The position numbers were made by a program, and so were the translations under genes. A stretch of DNA of 63,653 bases, filler included, from Octopus bimaculoides (lineage: Eukaryota), in the NCBI RefSeq assembly GCF_001194135.2. It is 5 parts of 4 records of this genome, joined end to end, with 100 filler letters (N's around TTAATTAATTAA, not from the genome) between each part and the next. Parts side by side here need not be neighbours in the genome. Positions count along the whole stretch, not along the records: positions 39,181 to 63,653 come from NC_068983.1; 4 more parts are not named here. One strand, 5' to 3'. Below are positions 53,163-63,653 of this stretch, piece by piece (position 1 is the stretch's first letter; every line of letters starts with the position of its first letter). Below the pieces are notes generated by a model. The model was not told the origin of the DNA. It ran no database searches and worked only from the letters and a program-made list of their open reading frames with translations.

Positions 53163-53924
53163 TGAACATATATGTAGTGTGTGTGTGTGTATGCATGTAT
53201 ATATGTGAGATAATAGTTTCAGTATTAATTGGGAAAGTATGTAATAGTTTCATTATTAAAACTGAAAGTAAATCACATTACAATAGTGATGTTATTGTTT
53301 CACTTTTGACACGTAATACTGAAATAGTGTAACAGATAAGAAATGACTCCGGGCTCAAATTAGGCAGGAAGTTGAATTAATTTTTTGGGCCCAGACAGAC
53401 ACACATTCTCTGCTTTATATATATAGATACATATATGTAATGTATGTTTGTGTGTGTCTCTGTGTGTGCATGTGTGTGTGTAAAGTAATATGCAGTTGAT
53501 CTTAATGACTTCAGTATACATTTGAATATATTTATTTAATCGATCTATACTTATCGAATCACCAAATTTTGTAATTGACATCAGTAGACAAAAATTAACC
53601 CTGGTCTACTTCGCTAAACTTGGACACTGACACGTTTATACGTGTTCACACGCGCACGTATTTGAGAATGCATATATCTATTTAGACACACACACACACA
53701 CACACACACACATAAATATATATATATATATATATATTTGTGTGTGTTTGTGTTTTAGATATATGCATTCTCAAATACGTGCGCGTGTGAACATGTATAA
53801 GCGTATATATATATATACATATATACATACATGCATGCATATATATATGTATATTAGTATATGCTGTGTATGTGTGTATATATATATATATACTTTTTTA
53901 TTAAAGCTGCAAGAACATCACAAA

Positions 53925-53966
53925 AACTGCTACTCAGAGTTTCACGTTGCCATTCGACGGATAGTT
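53925..53966 (-). ncRNA. Degenerate hammerhead motif (same family as 57013-57052)
   Basis: AACTAT-CCGTCGA-ATG GCAA CGT-GAA-ACTC T GAGT-A-GCAGTT. Confidence 0.6.
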
Positions 53967-54936
53967 GTGATCAAGAATGGAAAAAAATTGTGATTGTACA
54001 TGCAATATGATTCAATTTGACGAATAAGCATTTGAATTTGATTGGGTAATTTATTTTTTGGAAGTATACAAATTAAACAGTAATATATAAATGAATATTG
54101 TACTGTATAATATCGAAAAAGCCTTGAGTTGTAAAAAAGGAATCAGATTAATTAATGGTAAATAAAATATATAAATAATTAATAGAGGTGTAAGTTTGTT
54201 TTATAAATTTAGAACCCATAGATTAAGTTTCTAGATTTACTTCCTTGCGATTGGGGAGCAAGCTTCTTGCCACACATCCACAGTGTGTGTGTATTTGCCT
54301 AAAGTTATATACAATCCTAATGTTATACATACACATACATACGTACATACATACAGACAGACAAACACATACATACATACATACATACATACATACATAC
54401 ATACATACATACATAAGTTAATTGCAGTGCTGAGAGCTAGGATTAGAGTTTCTCACATGTGATTGGTATGTTTAGTAAGACTGTAATATATAATGTTAAA
54501 AAATACAGACATGGAAGATAGGATTTAATAGACAGAAAAAAATCTTACATGTACAACAAAATGCTTCTCACACTTAAAATACAGGTGGGTATTAAAAAAT
54601 GAAATTACTCTCATAGAACATTTCTTTCTGTTTTATTTTCCAGAACATTCTTGAGAGGATTTGCCTCTCCTGTATTCATTCACTCATTTCTTTTTCTGTT
54701 AGAGATAAAAAAGAAAAACCACAGACTAAAACAAAGATTTAGTGTATTTTCAACAAAGAAACGTTGATATCAATCCTCAATAATCTGTTTCTGAATATGT
54801 TAGCGCTGTGGTTGTCCAGCAGTCTATTTAGGTGGCATTCACCATTTGTAGAGGGGATGTTAATAGGGGTTTTGTACACTGTTTTTCTTAGTATATATAC
54901 ATATGTGTATGTGTGTGTGTGTGTGCATGTATACGC

Positions 54937-54981
<45 letters not shown>

Positions 54982-55364
54982 TGTGTATGTATAAGTAAAT
55001 GTATGTACTATGTAGGTGTGTATGTGTGTGTGTGTGTTATAATTTAGAACAAACAGTAAAAGGTTGACATTATAGTACTCGGAGCTACGAAGAGCTACGA
55101 TACATTCTCGTCGGCTATTAATGGCAACAGATGCTATGAAAAAGCGTTAAATAAAAGGGAAGTAACTCTAATAGATGGAAAAACAAAAAACAAAAAGATA
55201 AAAAATATACGCAACCATATTCTCACAATACATAGACATAAACCTCCTGCGTTCACAACGTCTACATACGTACACACACAAACATGCATACGTACATATA
55301 CATACACACATATATGTATGTAAATACTCATACATACACACATCCATACACACATGCACACATG

Positions 55365-55395
<31 letters not shown>

Positions 55396-55654
55396 GCACA
55401 CAACCTTATCCTCATATACACGTAACATAATAGATATATATTTAGAAATTTATACTATAAATATACGTATATATATACAGACATACATTCGCATTCCTGC
55501 ATACACACACAGATATATGTATACGTATATATCTATATATATACACCCTTCCATCACACACCCACCCGCACATATACAAACTTATGCATATCCGTATAAA
55601 TGAAGGGGGCGTGCGCATGAAAGTCGCACATATGCACCGGACACAAGTCTTACA

Positions 55655-55695
<41 letters not shown>

Positions 55696-55894
55696 CTACA
55701 TACACACGCACACACATATACATATAATATATATACATGCATATACATATACACACACAATTAAAAAGGAAAAAGGAAAAAGAAAAAATATATTAAAAAT
55801 TTTTTTTAATTCATGGAAGTAAAAACATATGGGAAAGCTTGTGCAGGAACATAGTAGAAATGTGGACTCTAGCCGTGATATTGGGTGGGCCCAA

Positions 55895-56930
55895 AACCGT
55901 AACAAGTATTTTGTGACATGTGGACATGATCCAAAAGTTCAGTTTTTTAATTTAAACATGTAGCGGGGTCTAAGGAACTTTTCCAGATGAGCCATCTTTC
56001 CATATTATAAAGACCACACTTGTCACTACCGTTGGTATAAGATTTACACTTGGTTAAGATCTTCCAGTAAATCCTATAGTTGACACCTTGTTTTTTAAGA
56101 ACTATATATAACTGGATAATTTGGTAGTCTTCCGTTTATTCCAGTGTCTGAAGCTGAAGGTGTGATTGTTAAATCTTGCTTTGAAATTTCCCTCTGTGAG
56201 ACCCACATATCTCTTGGATGAAACTGTATGATCAGCGTTCGTGGAATTTACGGTGGCTTCATAAATAATGGCTTCGGTCATGCAGGCTCCATTTAGTGAG
56301 CACAAGTCTTTCTCCTTGCAGGAACAGCCGGCTTCGTGTTGTTGTGTTGTATTGCGCGTAATTATGCTTTTAAAGTTTAGGGTCGAACTAAAACTAAATT
56401 TTAGGTTCAGCCTATTAAAGTGCTTTCTATATTTGTGATGTATTGGGAAATGTCTATCTATAAGTGACAAGAAATATTTACCTATATTAAGGTCTCTGCA
56501 CAGATATTACCAAGGGAGTAAGGGTGTTGAACCATATAATTTTCTTGTGTCTATATTTCCTTTTCTTTATTTCTGGTCTAATAGTAGGGGTGTAAGGTAT
56601 TTCCTCTTTAAATCCACTAGGTTTAAGGGCATTGTTATATGGTGGAGCAGCATTATTAAATAAGTTTATATTGGAGAAGAGGCTAGAAATTCTCCTACTG
56701 ATATTGTTAACTAAATTCTTAAATACTATGGGGGAGGAGTGGCAGGAACCTACATTAAAATAACTAAGTCTATCGTTGGGCTTCCTACAGGGTTTGTAAA
56801 TATTCTTTTGTAAATCTAGAAATACGTCAAGGAAATTGACAACCGTCAGGTTGGTATTTATTGTTCGAATATTTTCATAAGCTGGATAATATCCTTCCTT
56901 AACCGATCTTGTGAGTGAGCACATAAATGT
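55895..56930 (-). mobile_element. Penelope-like element 3' fragment (RT thumb + GIY-YIG endonuclease), third family
   Basis: FLDVFLDL..YKPCRKPND..YFNVGSCH; CSLNGACMTEAIIYEATV..RYVGLTEGNFKARFNNHTFSF..TKLSSYI..WKIL..C..ELL. Confidence 0.85.
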
Positions 56931-57012
56931 AAAACAAGGAGAAAAAATAGTACTCGAATACCGAGGGTAGTGTAATAAACTTTTTTATTAAAGCTGCAAA
57001 AACATCACAAAA

Positions 57013-57098
57013 AACTGACTCACAGTTTCACGTTCCCGTTCGTCTGGCAGTTGTGATCAAGAGTCTTGATCGCAACTGTCTGACGAGAGAGAGTGAAA
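57013..57098 (-). ncRNA. Degenerate hammerhead in a pLTR-like repeat, plus an inverted partial copy
   Basis: Minus strand AACTGC-CAGACGA-ACG GGAA CGT-GAA-ACTG T GAGT-CAGTT. 23-bp inverted arms at 57040-57062 and 57064-57086; the plus arm keeps AACTGT-CTGACGA. Confidence 0.65.
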
Positions 57099-57248
57099 GA
57101 GAATAAAATAAATAGGAATCAATACATGAGTATATATATTTTATTATTCTTTGTTGGTTGAGGTTACAAAGTGACTCAAAAGCCGAGAATTTCTTGCATG
57201 TTATTTTACCAAAATTAAATACGTTTGACTAGTGCTTGTGTGCTAAAC

Positions 57249-57950
57249 CAGTGGTTCCCAACGTGTAGTCCGAGGACCTCTGGTGGTCGGCAAAGGTAGT
57301 ACTGGGGGTGCGTGAACTAAATTCAAAATTTCACATATATGTGTGTATGTGTGTGTGTATGTATGTATGTATGTATGTATGTGTGTGTGTGTATTTTTAT
57401 GTATATATACATATTTTTTTTTTTTTATTATATGTATTTATTTTCTCTAAGTTAATAATCAACTCCGACAAAATAAATTGGTTAATAGATACCAGGGTAG
57501 CAAAGATCACAAAATGACTGTGATGTAACTCCTGTTTATGAGGTAGAAACTCCTTGTTATTTTGGGGACTTGAGTAAACATACAAATTTAGTAAATGGAG
57601 TAAAACGGTTTTTTCAAATAAGTTACATAGCAATCTTCTCTAACTACAGTTATCACATTCGGTTAAAATGTCTTACGGTTAAGCTGGTTCCTATGTATTT
57701 CCCTGAAGAGAAGATTACATTCCTTTGGAAGGTACAATTTGTAATCTTCGAAACATGTGTTGGAAATAAAAGAATTCATTTAACATATGCGTTTTNNNNN
57801 NNNNNNNNNNNNNNNNNNNNNNNNNNNNNNNNNNNNNNNNNNNNNNNNNNNNNNNNNNNNNNNNNNNNNNNNNNNNNNNNNNNNNNNNNNNNNNNNAAGG
57901 TTAAGCATAATAAAAGGGGTCCTTGGTAGTGAAAAGGTTGAGAAGCACTG
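57249..57950. mobile_element. hAT-type MITE with 8-bp TSD
   Basis: TIRs CAGTGGTTCCCAAC / GTTGAGAAGCACTG; flanks TGCTAAAC and TACTAAAC (7/8 match). Confidence 0.85.
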
Positions 57951-58027
57951 TACTAAACACTCGGCCTTTGAGTCTCTTTCTAACTTCTGCCGATTAAAAG
58001 TAATACAAACATACATAGATACACATA

Positions 58028-58922
58028 CGTGGTTTACTCAAAAAGTATCGGGACTGGTGCTATAAAAAAAACTACGGCACATATCAATTCGACATTTAAT
58101 CTCCTTCGAAGTAGTTCCATTCTGAAACCACACACTTTATCCAGCATTGTTTCACTTGTTGGAAGCATTCCTGGAACCCCTTTTTCTGGGATACCGCGCA
58201 TCTGATTCGTTGTATTCTCTTGGATTTCCTCGACGTCTTGAAATTTTGTTCCTTTCAAGTGGGATTTGATTTTTGGAAAGAGGGAAAAGTCGCTAGGGGT
58301 TAGATCTGATGAATATAGTAGTTGTTGGACCTAGAAAACGTTGTGCTAGGCCAAAATCTGCTGCAATTGAAAGCAGTTTTGGCACAATTTTGGCACAGAC
58401 ACACGTCTCATACACAAATCTTCAATGAACTGAAGCGTAACTAATGTTCACATCCCCCGACAACTTACACACGGTGATTCGTTGGTTTTTCAGAACAGCT
58501 ATTTTGTTGGTTGTGAGTTTCCTAGAACGTGCGTCGCTATCCACATTTTGTTGGCTATCTTGGAAATGTGTGAACCACTTGTACACTCGTGTCTGGATCA
58601 TACACTCCTCCCCATGCAATTTCTGCAACTTTGCATAGGTCTCTACACAGATATTACCAAGCATTTGGCAAATTTTGATGCAGATTCTCAACTCAATTTC
58701 CTCGGTGAGTCAACCACAATCTACACACTTTACTTTCAAGCACGGCTATAAACAACGGAAGTGAACGAGAACGTTATAACGGAAGTGAACGAGAACGTTA
58801 TAACGGAAGTGAACGAGAACGCGACAGAGTTCAAGAACAATCTGTGCCTAGCAGCTCCCCTCTGCTTACTTTAGCTCTGTTACCATAGCAACTGACCAGA
58901 TAATTTTTGATCAGTCCTCGCA
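58028..58922 (-). mobile_element. Internally deleted mariner (third family)
   Basis: RICIKIC..ETYAKLQKLHGEECM..VYKWF; YSSDLTPSDF; KGTKFQDVEEIQ. Degenerate TA-flanked ends and a 24-bp tandem at 58754-58821. Confidence 0.8.
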
Positions 58923-59129
58923 TATATGCATGTGCACACAAATGTGGAATGAGTTTCTGAGCAGACTGAATTCGACTCACAACCCAAAGCCATAGTAGAA
59001 AACACATTTTCAATGTGCCATGCTGAGATCAATCTAGGAGCCACGTCACACTAGTTAGGACGAGAATTTTGCCATCAGTTTCACAGTATTTACGTTTGAT
59101 GGATATTTGTCCTCATCTTGTTTGTTGTT

Positions 59130-59175
59130 AACACAACGTTTCGGCTGATATACCCTCCAGCCTTCATCAAGTGTC
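59130..59175 (-). ncRNA. Second copy of the SINE-tail hammerhead (C3U)
   Basis: GACAC-TTGATGA-A-GGCTG GAGGGTATAT CAGCC-GAA-ACGT-T-GTGTT, next to (TAT)n and then a gap. Confidence 0.7.
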
Positions 59176-59221
59176 TTGGGAAAATTTCGAACTCGGTTCT
59201 CATTCCTAAGGTATTTTTCAA

Positions 59222-59287
<66 letters not shown>

Positions 59288-60264
59288 TATTANNNNNNNN
59301 NNNNNNNNNNNNNNNNNNNNNNNNNNNNNNNNNNNNNNNNNNNNNNNNNNNNNNNNNNNNNNNNNNNNNNNNNNNNNNNNNNNNNNNNNNNNNNNNNNNN
59401 NNNNNNNNNNNNNNNNNNNNNNNNNNNNNNNNNNNNNNNNNNNNNNNNNNNNNNNNNNNNNNNNNNNNNNNNNNNNNNNNNNNNNNNNNNNNNNNNNNNN
59501 NNNNNNNNNNNNNNNNNNNNNNNNNNNNNNNNNNNNNNNNNNNNNNNNNNNNNNNNNNNNNNNNNNNNNNNNNNNNNNNNNNNNNNNNNNNNNNNNNNNN
59601 NNNNNNNNNNNNNNNNNNNNNNNNNNNNNNNNNNNNNNNNNNNNNNNNNNNNNNNNNNNNNNNNNNNNNNNNNNNNNNNNNNNNNNNNNNNNNNNNNNNN
59701 NNNNNNNNNNNNNNNNNNNNNNNNNNNNNNNNNNNNNNNNNNNNNNNNNNNNNNNNNNNNNNNNNNNNNNNNNNNNNNNNNNNNNNNNNNNNNNNNNNNN
59801 NNNNNNNNNNNNNNNNNNNNNNNNNNNNNNNNNNNNNNNNNNNNNNNNNNNNNNNNNNNNNNNNNNNNNNNNNNNNNNNNNNNNNNNNNNNNNNNNNNNN
59901 NNNNNNNNNNNNNNNNNNNNNNNNNNNNNNNNNNNNNNNNNNNNNNNNNNNNNNNNNNNNNNNNNNNNNNNNNNNNNNNNNNNNNNNNNNNNNNNNNNNN
60001 NNNNNNNNNNNNNNNNNNNNNNNNNNNNTATATAGTATGATTTTCACAATTACTTTTGCTACATGTGCTGGGGCAGCTTTGTTACTTGTTTTCTGTTGTT
60101 TTATGGGTTTATTTTTTTTTAAGGAGGAATGGACGAACTTATTCTCGTTATCACCAACAGATTAAGAACTACTTTTGACTTAATACAAATCCAAATAACA
60201 ATGGTGTTGACGACATGACTGACATGATGACGATAGTGATGGTGAACGCAAGACATTCGATCAT

Positions 60265-60322
60265 CTATAAATGATAATGTGATGCTGCAACACACACACC
60301 ATAATACGTATATGTGTGTGTG

Positions 60323-60364
<42 letters not shown>

Positions 60365-60527
60365 TATATCTGTGTGTGTGTTTGTGTGTGTGTATGTGTG
60401 TGTATACATACACAGCCAGAAGTTTTCCATATCTCTTTTGCTTTAAGATGCAAAGGAAAGAGCTTAGCCATCAAAAAAACATTGATGGCGATGTTACTAA
60501 TAGTAATAATAATAATGATAATAATAA

Positions 60528-60578
<51 letters not shown>

Positions 60579-60632
60579 CATTATTATTATTATTATTATC
60601 ATGATTATTATTATTATTATGATTATTATTAA

Positions 60633-60675
<43 letters not shown>

Positions 60676-60932
60676 GACATGAAGAAGAAGGAGGAAGAGG
60701 TGCAGGAGCAGGAGGGGGAAAGCGCTGGTTGCAGACGACGATGACAACAACAACGATGATCATGTTGTTGATAATGATGATCATGAAGGAGAGGATGGTG
60801 ACGGTAAATTAGTATAGACAGACAGACAGACAGACAGACACACAGACAGACAGACACACAGACAGACAGACACACAGACATACAGACACACAGACAGACA
60901 GACACACAGACAGACAGTCACACAGACAGATG

Positions 60933-60995
<63 letters not shown>

Positions 60996-61078
60996 NNNNN
61001 NNNNNNNNNNNNNNNNNNNNNNNNNNNNNNNNNNNNNNNNNNNNNNNNNNNNNNNNNNNNNNNNNNNNNNNNNNNNNN

Positions 61079-61133
<55 letters not shown>

Positions 61134-61960
61134 TATATGTATATATACACACACACATACACTCACACACACACACATACACACGCGCGCGCACACATAC
61201 GCAAATATCATCCGTCTGTGAATGGAGAACTGCAATAGGAACGACGAAAAGAAGATATGAAAGTGAGAGTACTTTGGAATTGATGAGAAAGAAATTTTCC
61301 ATCTCCTGCTAGACATGATGACGAGTATACACTCAGTTCCTTCACAAAGGTTAATGCAAAATAGTTTTCAGGATTAAGAATTTTATATCAGCTAAATGCA
61401 AGTATTTAATAGTAAAAAAAAAAATTGGCTGAAAAAGAAACATTAACAACAGTTACAAGAACAACTACAGCTTCAATAATAATAATAATAATGTTCTTGA
61501 CGATGACGACGTGAATAGCGTGATAACACTGATGATGACGTTGTGATGATTGTGAGGATGATGGTGTTATTAACGATGGTGATGATAGTGATAGCGGCGG
61601 CGGCGGGTGGTGGTGGTGGTGGTGGTAGTGGTGGTGGTGGTGGCGATGGATGATGATTAGAATGAGGAAGAGGAGGAGGAGGAGGAGGACGAGAAGGAGG
61701 ACGAGGTGGAGGACGACGACGACGACGACGATGACGACTGTGGCGGCAGCAGCGATGACAATGACAACGGTGACAACAACAACAACGATGACGACAGAGA
61801 GGGCAGAGGAGGGGTGATGACGCTAATGATGACGTTGATGATGATGTTTATGATGATGACAACGACGACGACGACGGCGACAACGATGACGATGACAACA
61901 ACGACAGCAAAAAGAACAAAAATAATGTTCCTAATCATTTTTCTGTGGCAAAACGAAAAA
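60265..61960. repeat. Compound microsatellite and low-complexity block: (TAT)n, (GACA)n, (GATA)n, (TA)n, (GAT/GAC)n
   Basis: Seen directly. Similar blocks lie at ~20787-21500, 47300-47820, 52860-53190 and 62390-63020. Confidence 0.9.
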
Positions 61961-62767
61961 CAAACGAACAACATACGTATCATGTATGACCACTTTAAAG
62001 TAGCTTTTGCTTGTAATTCCTGTAAAAACGTAAAAGATCTGTTTTTGTCGATATTTGCTTTTTTCCTATTTTAAAGATATAATACAAGGAAAGAAACAGT
62101 AGACGATGGAAATGCAAGAACTAAATAGGGGAAAAAACAAAAAACAAAAAACAAATTAGATATGACAAAATCAAAAGACAAAGAAAGTTAAGAAAGAAAT
62201 ATTTGCCTCTAACGGTTACATTGATCTTACATCATAGAAGAATGTTACACATTGTCCATCACCTGCTTTCGATGTGGTAGCAAGACTCAAGCGCGATGTT
62301 AAAATGCAAAATGAGGACTGTTTGAAACGAAATCGTAAAACTACTGAGCAAAAGATATATGTTATGTGTTATAATGTGTGTGTGTTTATATGTATGCGTG
62401 TGTGTATACATACATGTATATATATATATATATATNNNNNNNNNNNNNNNNNNNNNNNNNNNNNNNNNNNNNNNNNNNNNNNNNNNNNNNNNNNNNNNNN
62501 NNNNNNNNNNNNNNNNNNNNNNNNNNNNNNNNNNNNNNNNNNNNNNNNNNNNNNNNNNNNNNNNNNNNNNNNNNNNNNNNNNNNNNNNNNNNNNNNNNNN
62601 NNNNNNNNNNNNNNNNNNNNNNNNNNNNNNNNNNNNNNNNNNNNNNNNNNNNNNNNNNNNNNNNNNNNNNNNNNNNNNNNNNNNNNNNNNNNNNNNNNNN
62701 NNNNNNNNNNNNNNNNNNNNNNNNNNNNNNNNNNNNNNNNNNNNNNNNNNNNNNNNNNNNNNNNNNN

Positions 62768-62800
<33 letters not shown>

Positions 62801-63535
62801 CATACATAAATACATACATACATGCATGCATATATACATACATACATATATACATAATACATACATACACACATACACATACATGGATACATACATACAT
62901 ACATACATTCATACATACATACATACATACATACATACATACACACGTACATGGATACATACATACACACACACATACATGAATACATACATATATACAT
63001 ACACAAACACATACATGTTAACATAAAGCTGAAGATCAGTGGATAGAAGAATACCTACGTTGAACTATTGCGAAGTCTGTAGTTACTCTACCCAGATAAC
63101 AGGTTCAGGTTTATACCTGTAATTATTGGGACATTGGAATGTGTAACACACTGCCTAAATAGCAACCTTGAGAAATTAGGCTTCTCAAAACCCGAATGGA
63201 GAAAGCTAATTTCAAAGACTACAGATCCAATCCATCTCTGGAACTGTAAAAGTCTGTAAGACTTTCCAGAAGTTTATCATTTAGATATATATGAGCATGT
63301 CTAGATATGTTACTACATGCATGAAAATACATACATAAAACACACATATCTGGACATATACATGCATACATACATACATACATACATACATACATACATA
63401 CATACATGCAAACAAAAATACCCTGTTGTTGATGTTGAATTTCCAATGAAGGAGCTTTGAATCTAGGTTAGAAACCGGCTCTTTATCTATTGGCAAGAAA
63501 CCTTGAAATAAAACTGAACAATGACATACATACAA

Positions 63536-63626
<91 letters not shown>

Positions 63627-63653
63627 TAGATAGATACGAATAGTCATTATTCA

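Noticed and set aside
54644-54730. Candidate last SOUL exon (CAG|A ACA TTC TTG AGA GGA TTT GCC: RTFLRGFAS)
   Set aside because: The similarity ends after a few residues; there is no AGY/NEVW motif before the stop.
610-63024. Long ORFs in the track made of X runs or YI/HT/CV/MYVC repeats
   Set aside because: They result from N gaps and microsatellites and carry no coding signal.
63440-63485. CCAATGAAGGAGC...GAAACCGGCTC hammerhead-like look (also 40125-40165)
   Set aside because: The core is altered and I could not form stem I or stem II in register.

Overview
Gap-rich, AT-rich eukaryotic genomic DNA dominated by microsatellites and decayed transposons. The SINE families and repeat make-up look like a coleoid cephalopod such as Octopus; this is my recall and I cannot verify it here. 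I can support one host coding exon, a SOUL/HEBP2-like exon at 1609-1780 that is absent from the ORF track. The rest is mostly mobile DNA: three mariners (one full length with TIRs and TA TSD), a piggyBac-type remnant, a Helitron fragment, a Ty3/Gypsy LTR-PBS-gag-pro remnant, two RTE LINE 3' fragments, three Penelope-like element (PLE) fragments, two RT-less zinc-knuckle ORF1 copies, hAT MITEs and several tRNA-derived SINE families. The main unexpected signal is about eight minimal type I hammerhead ribozyme (HHR) motifs from about six sequence families, all folded by eye. One is fully canonical (51940-51990). Another (41783-41828) lies in the 3' part of a tRNA-headed Pol III SINE-like element, which suggests a self-cleaving SINE possibly mobilised by PLE machinery. 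Most long ORFs in the track are artefacts of N-runs or microsatellites.
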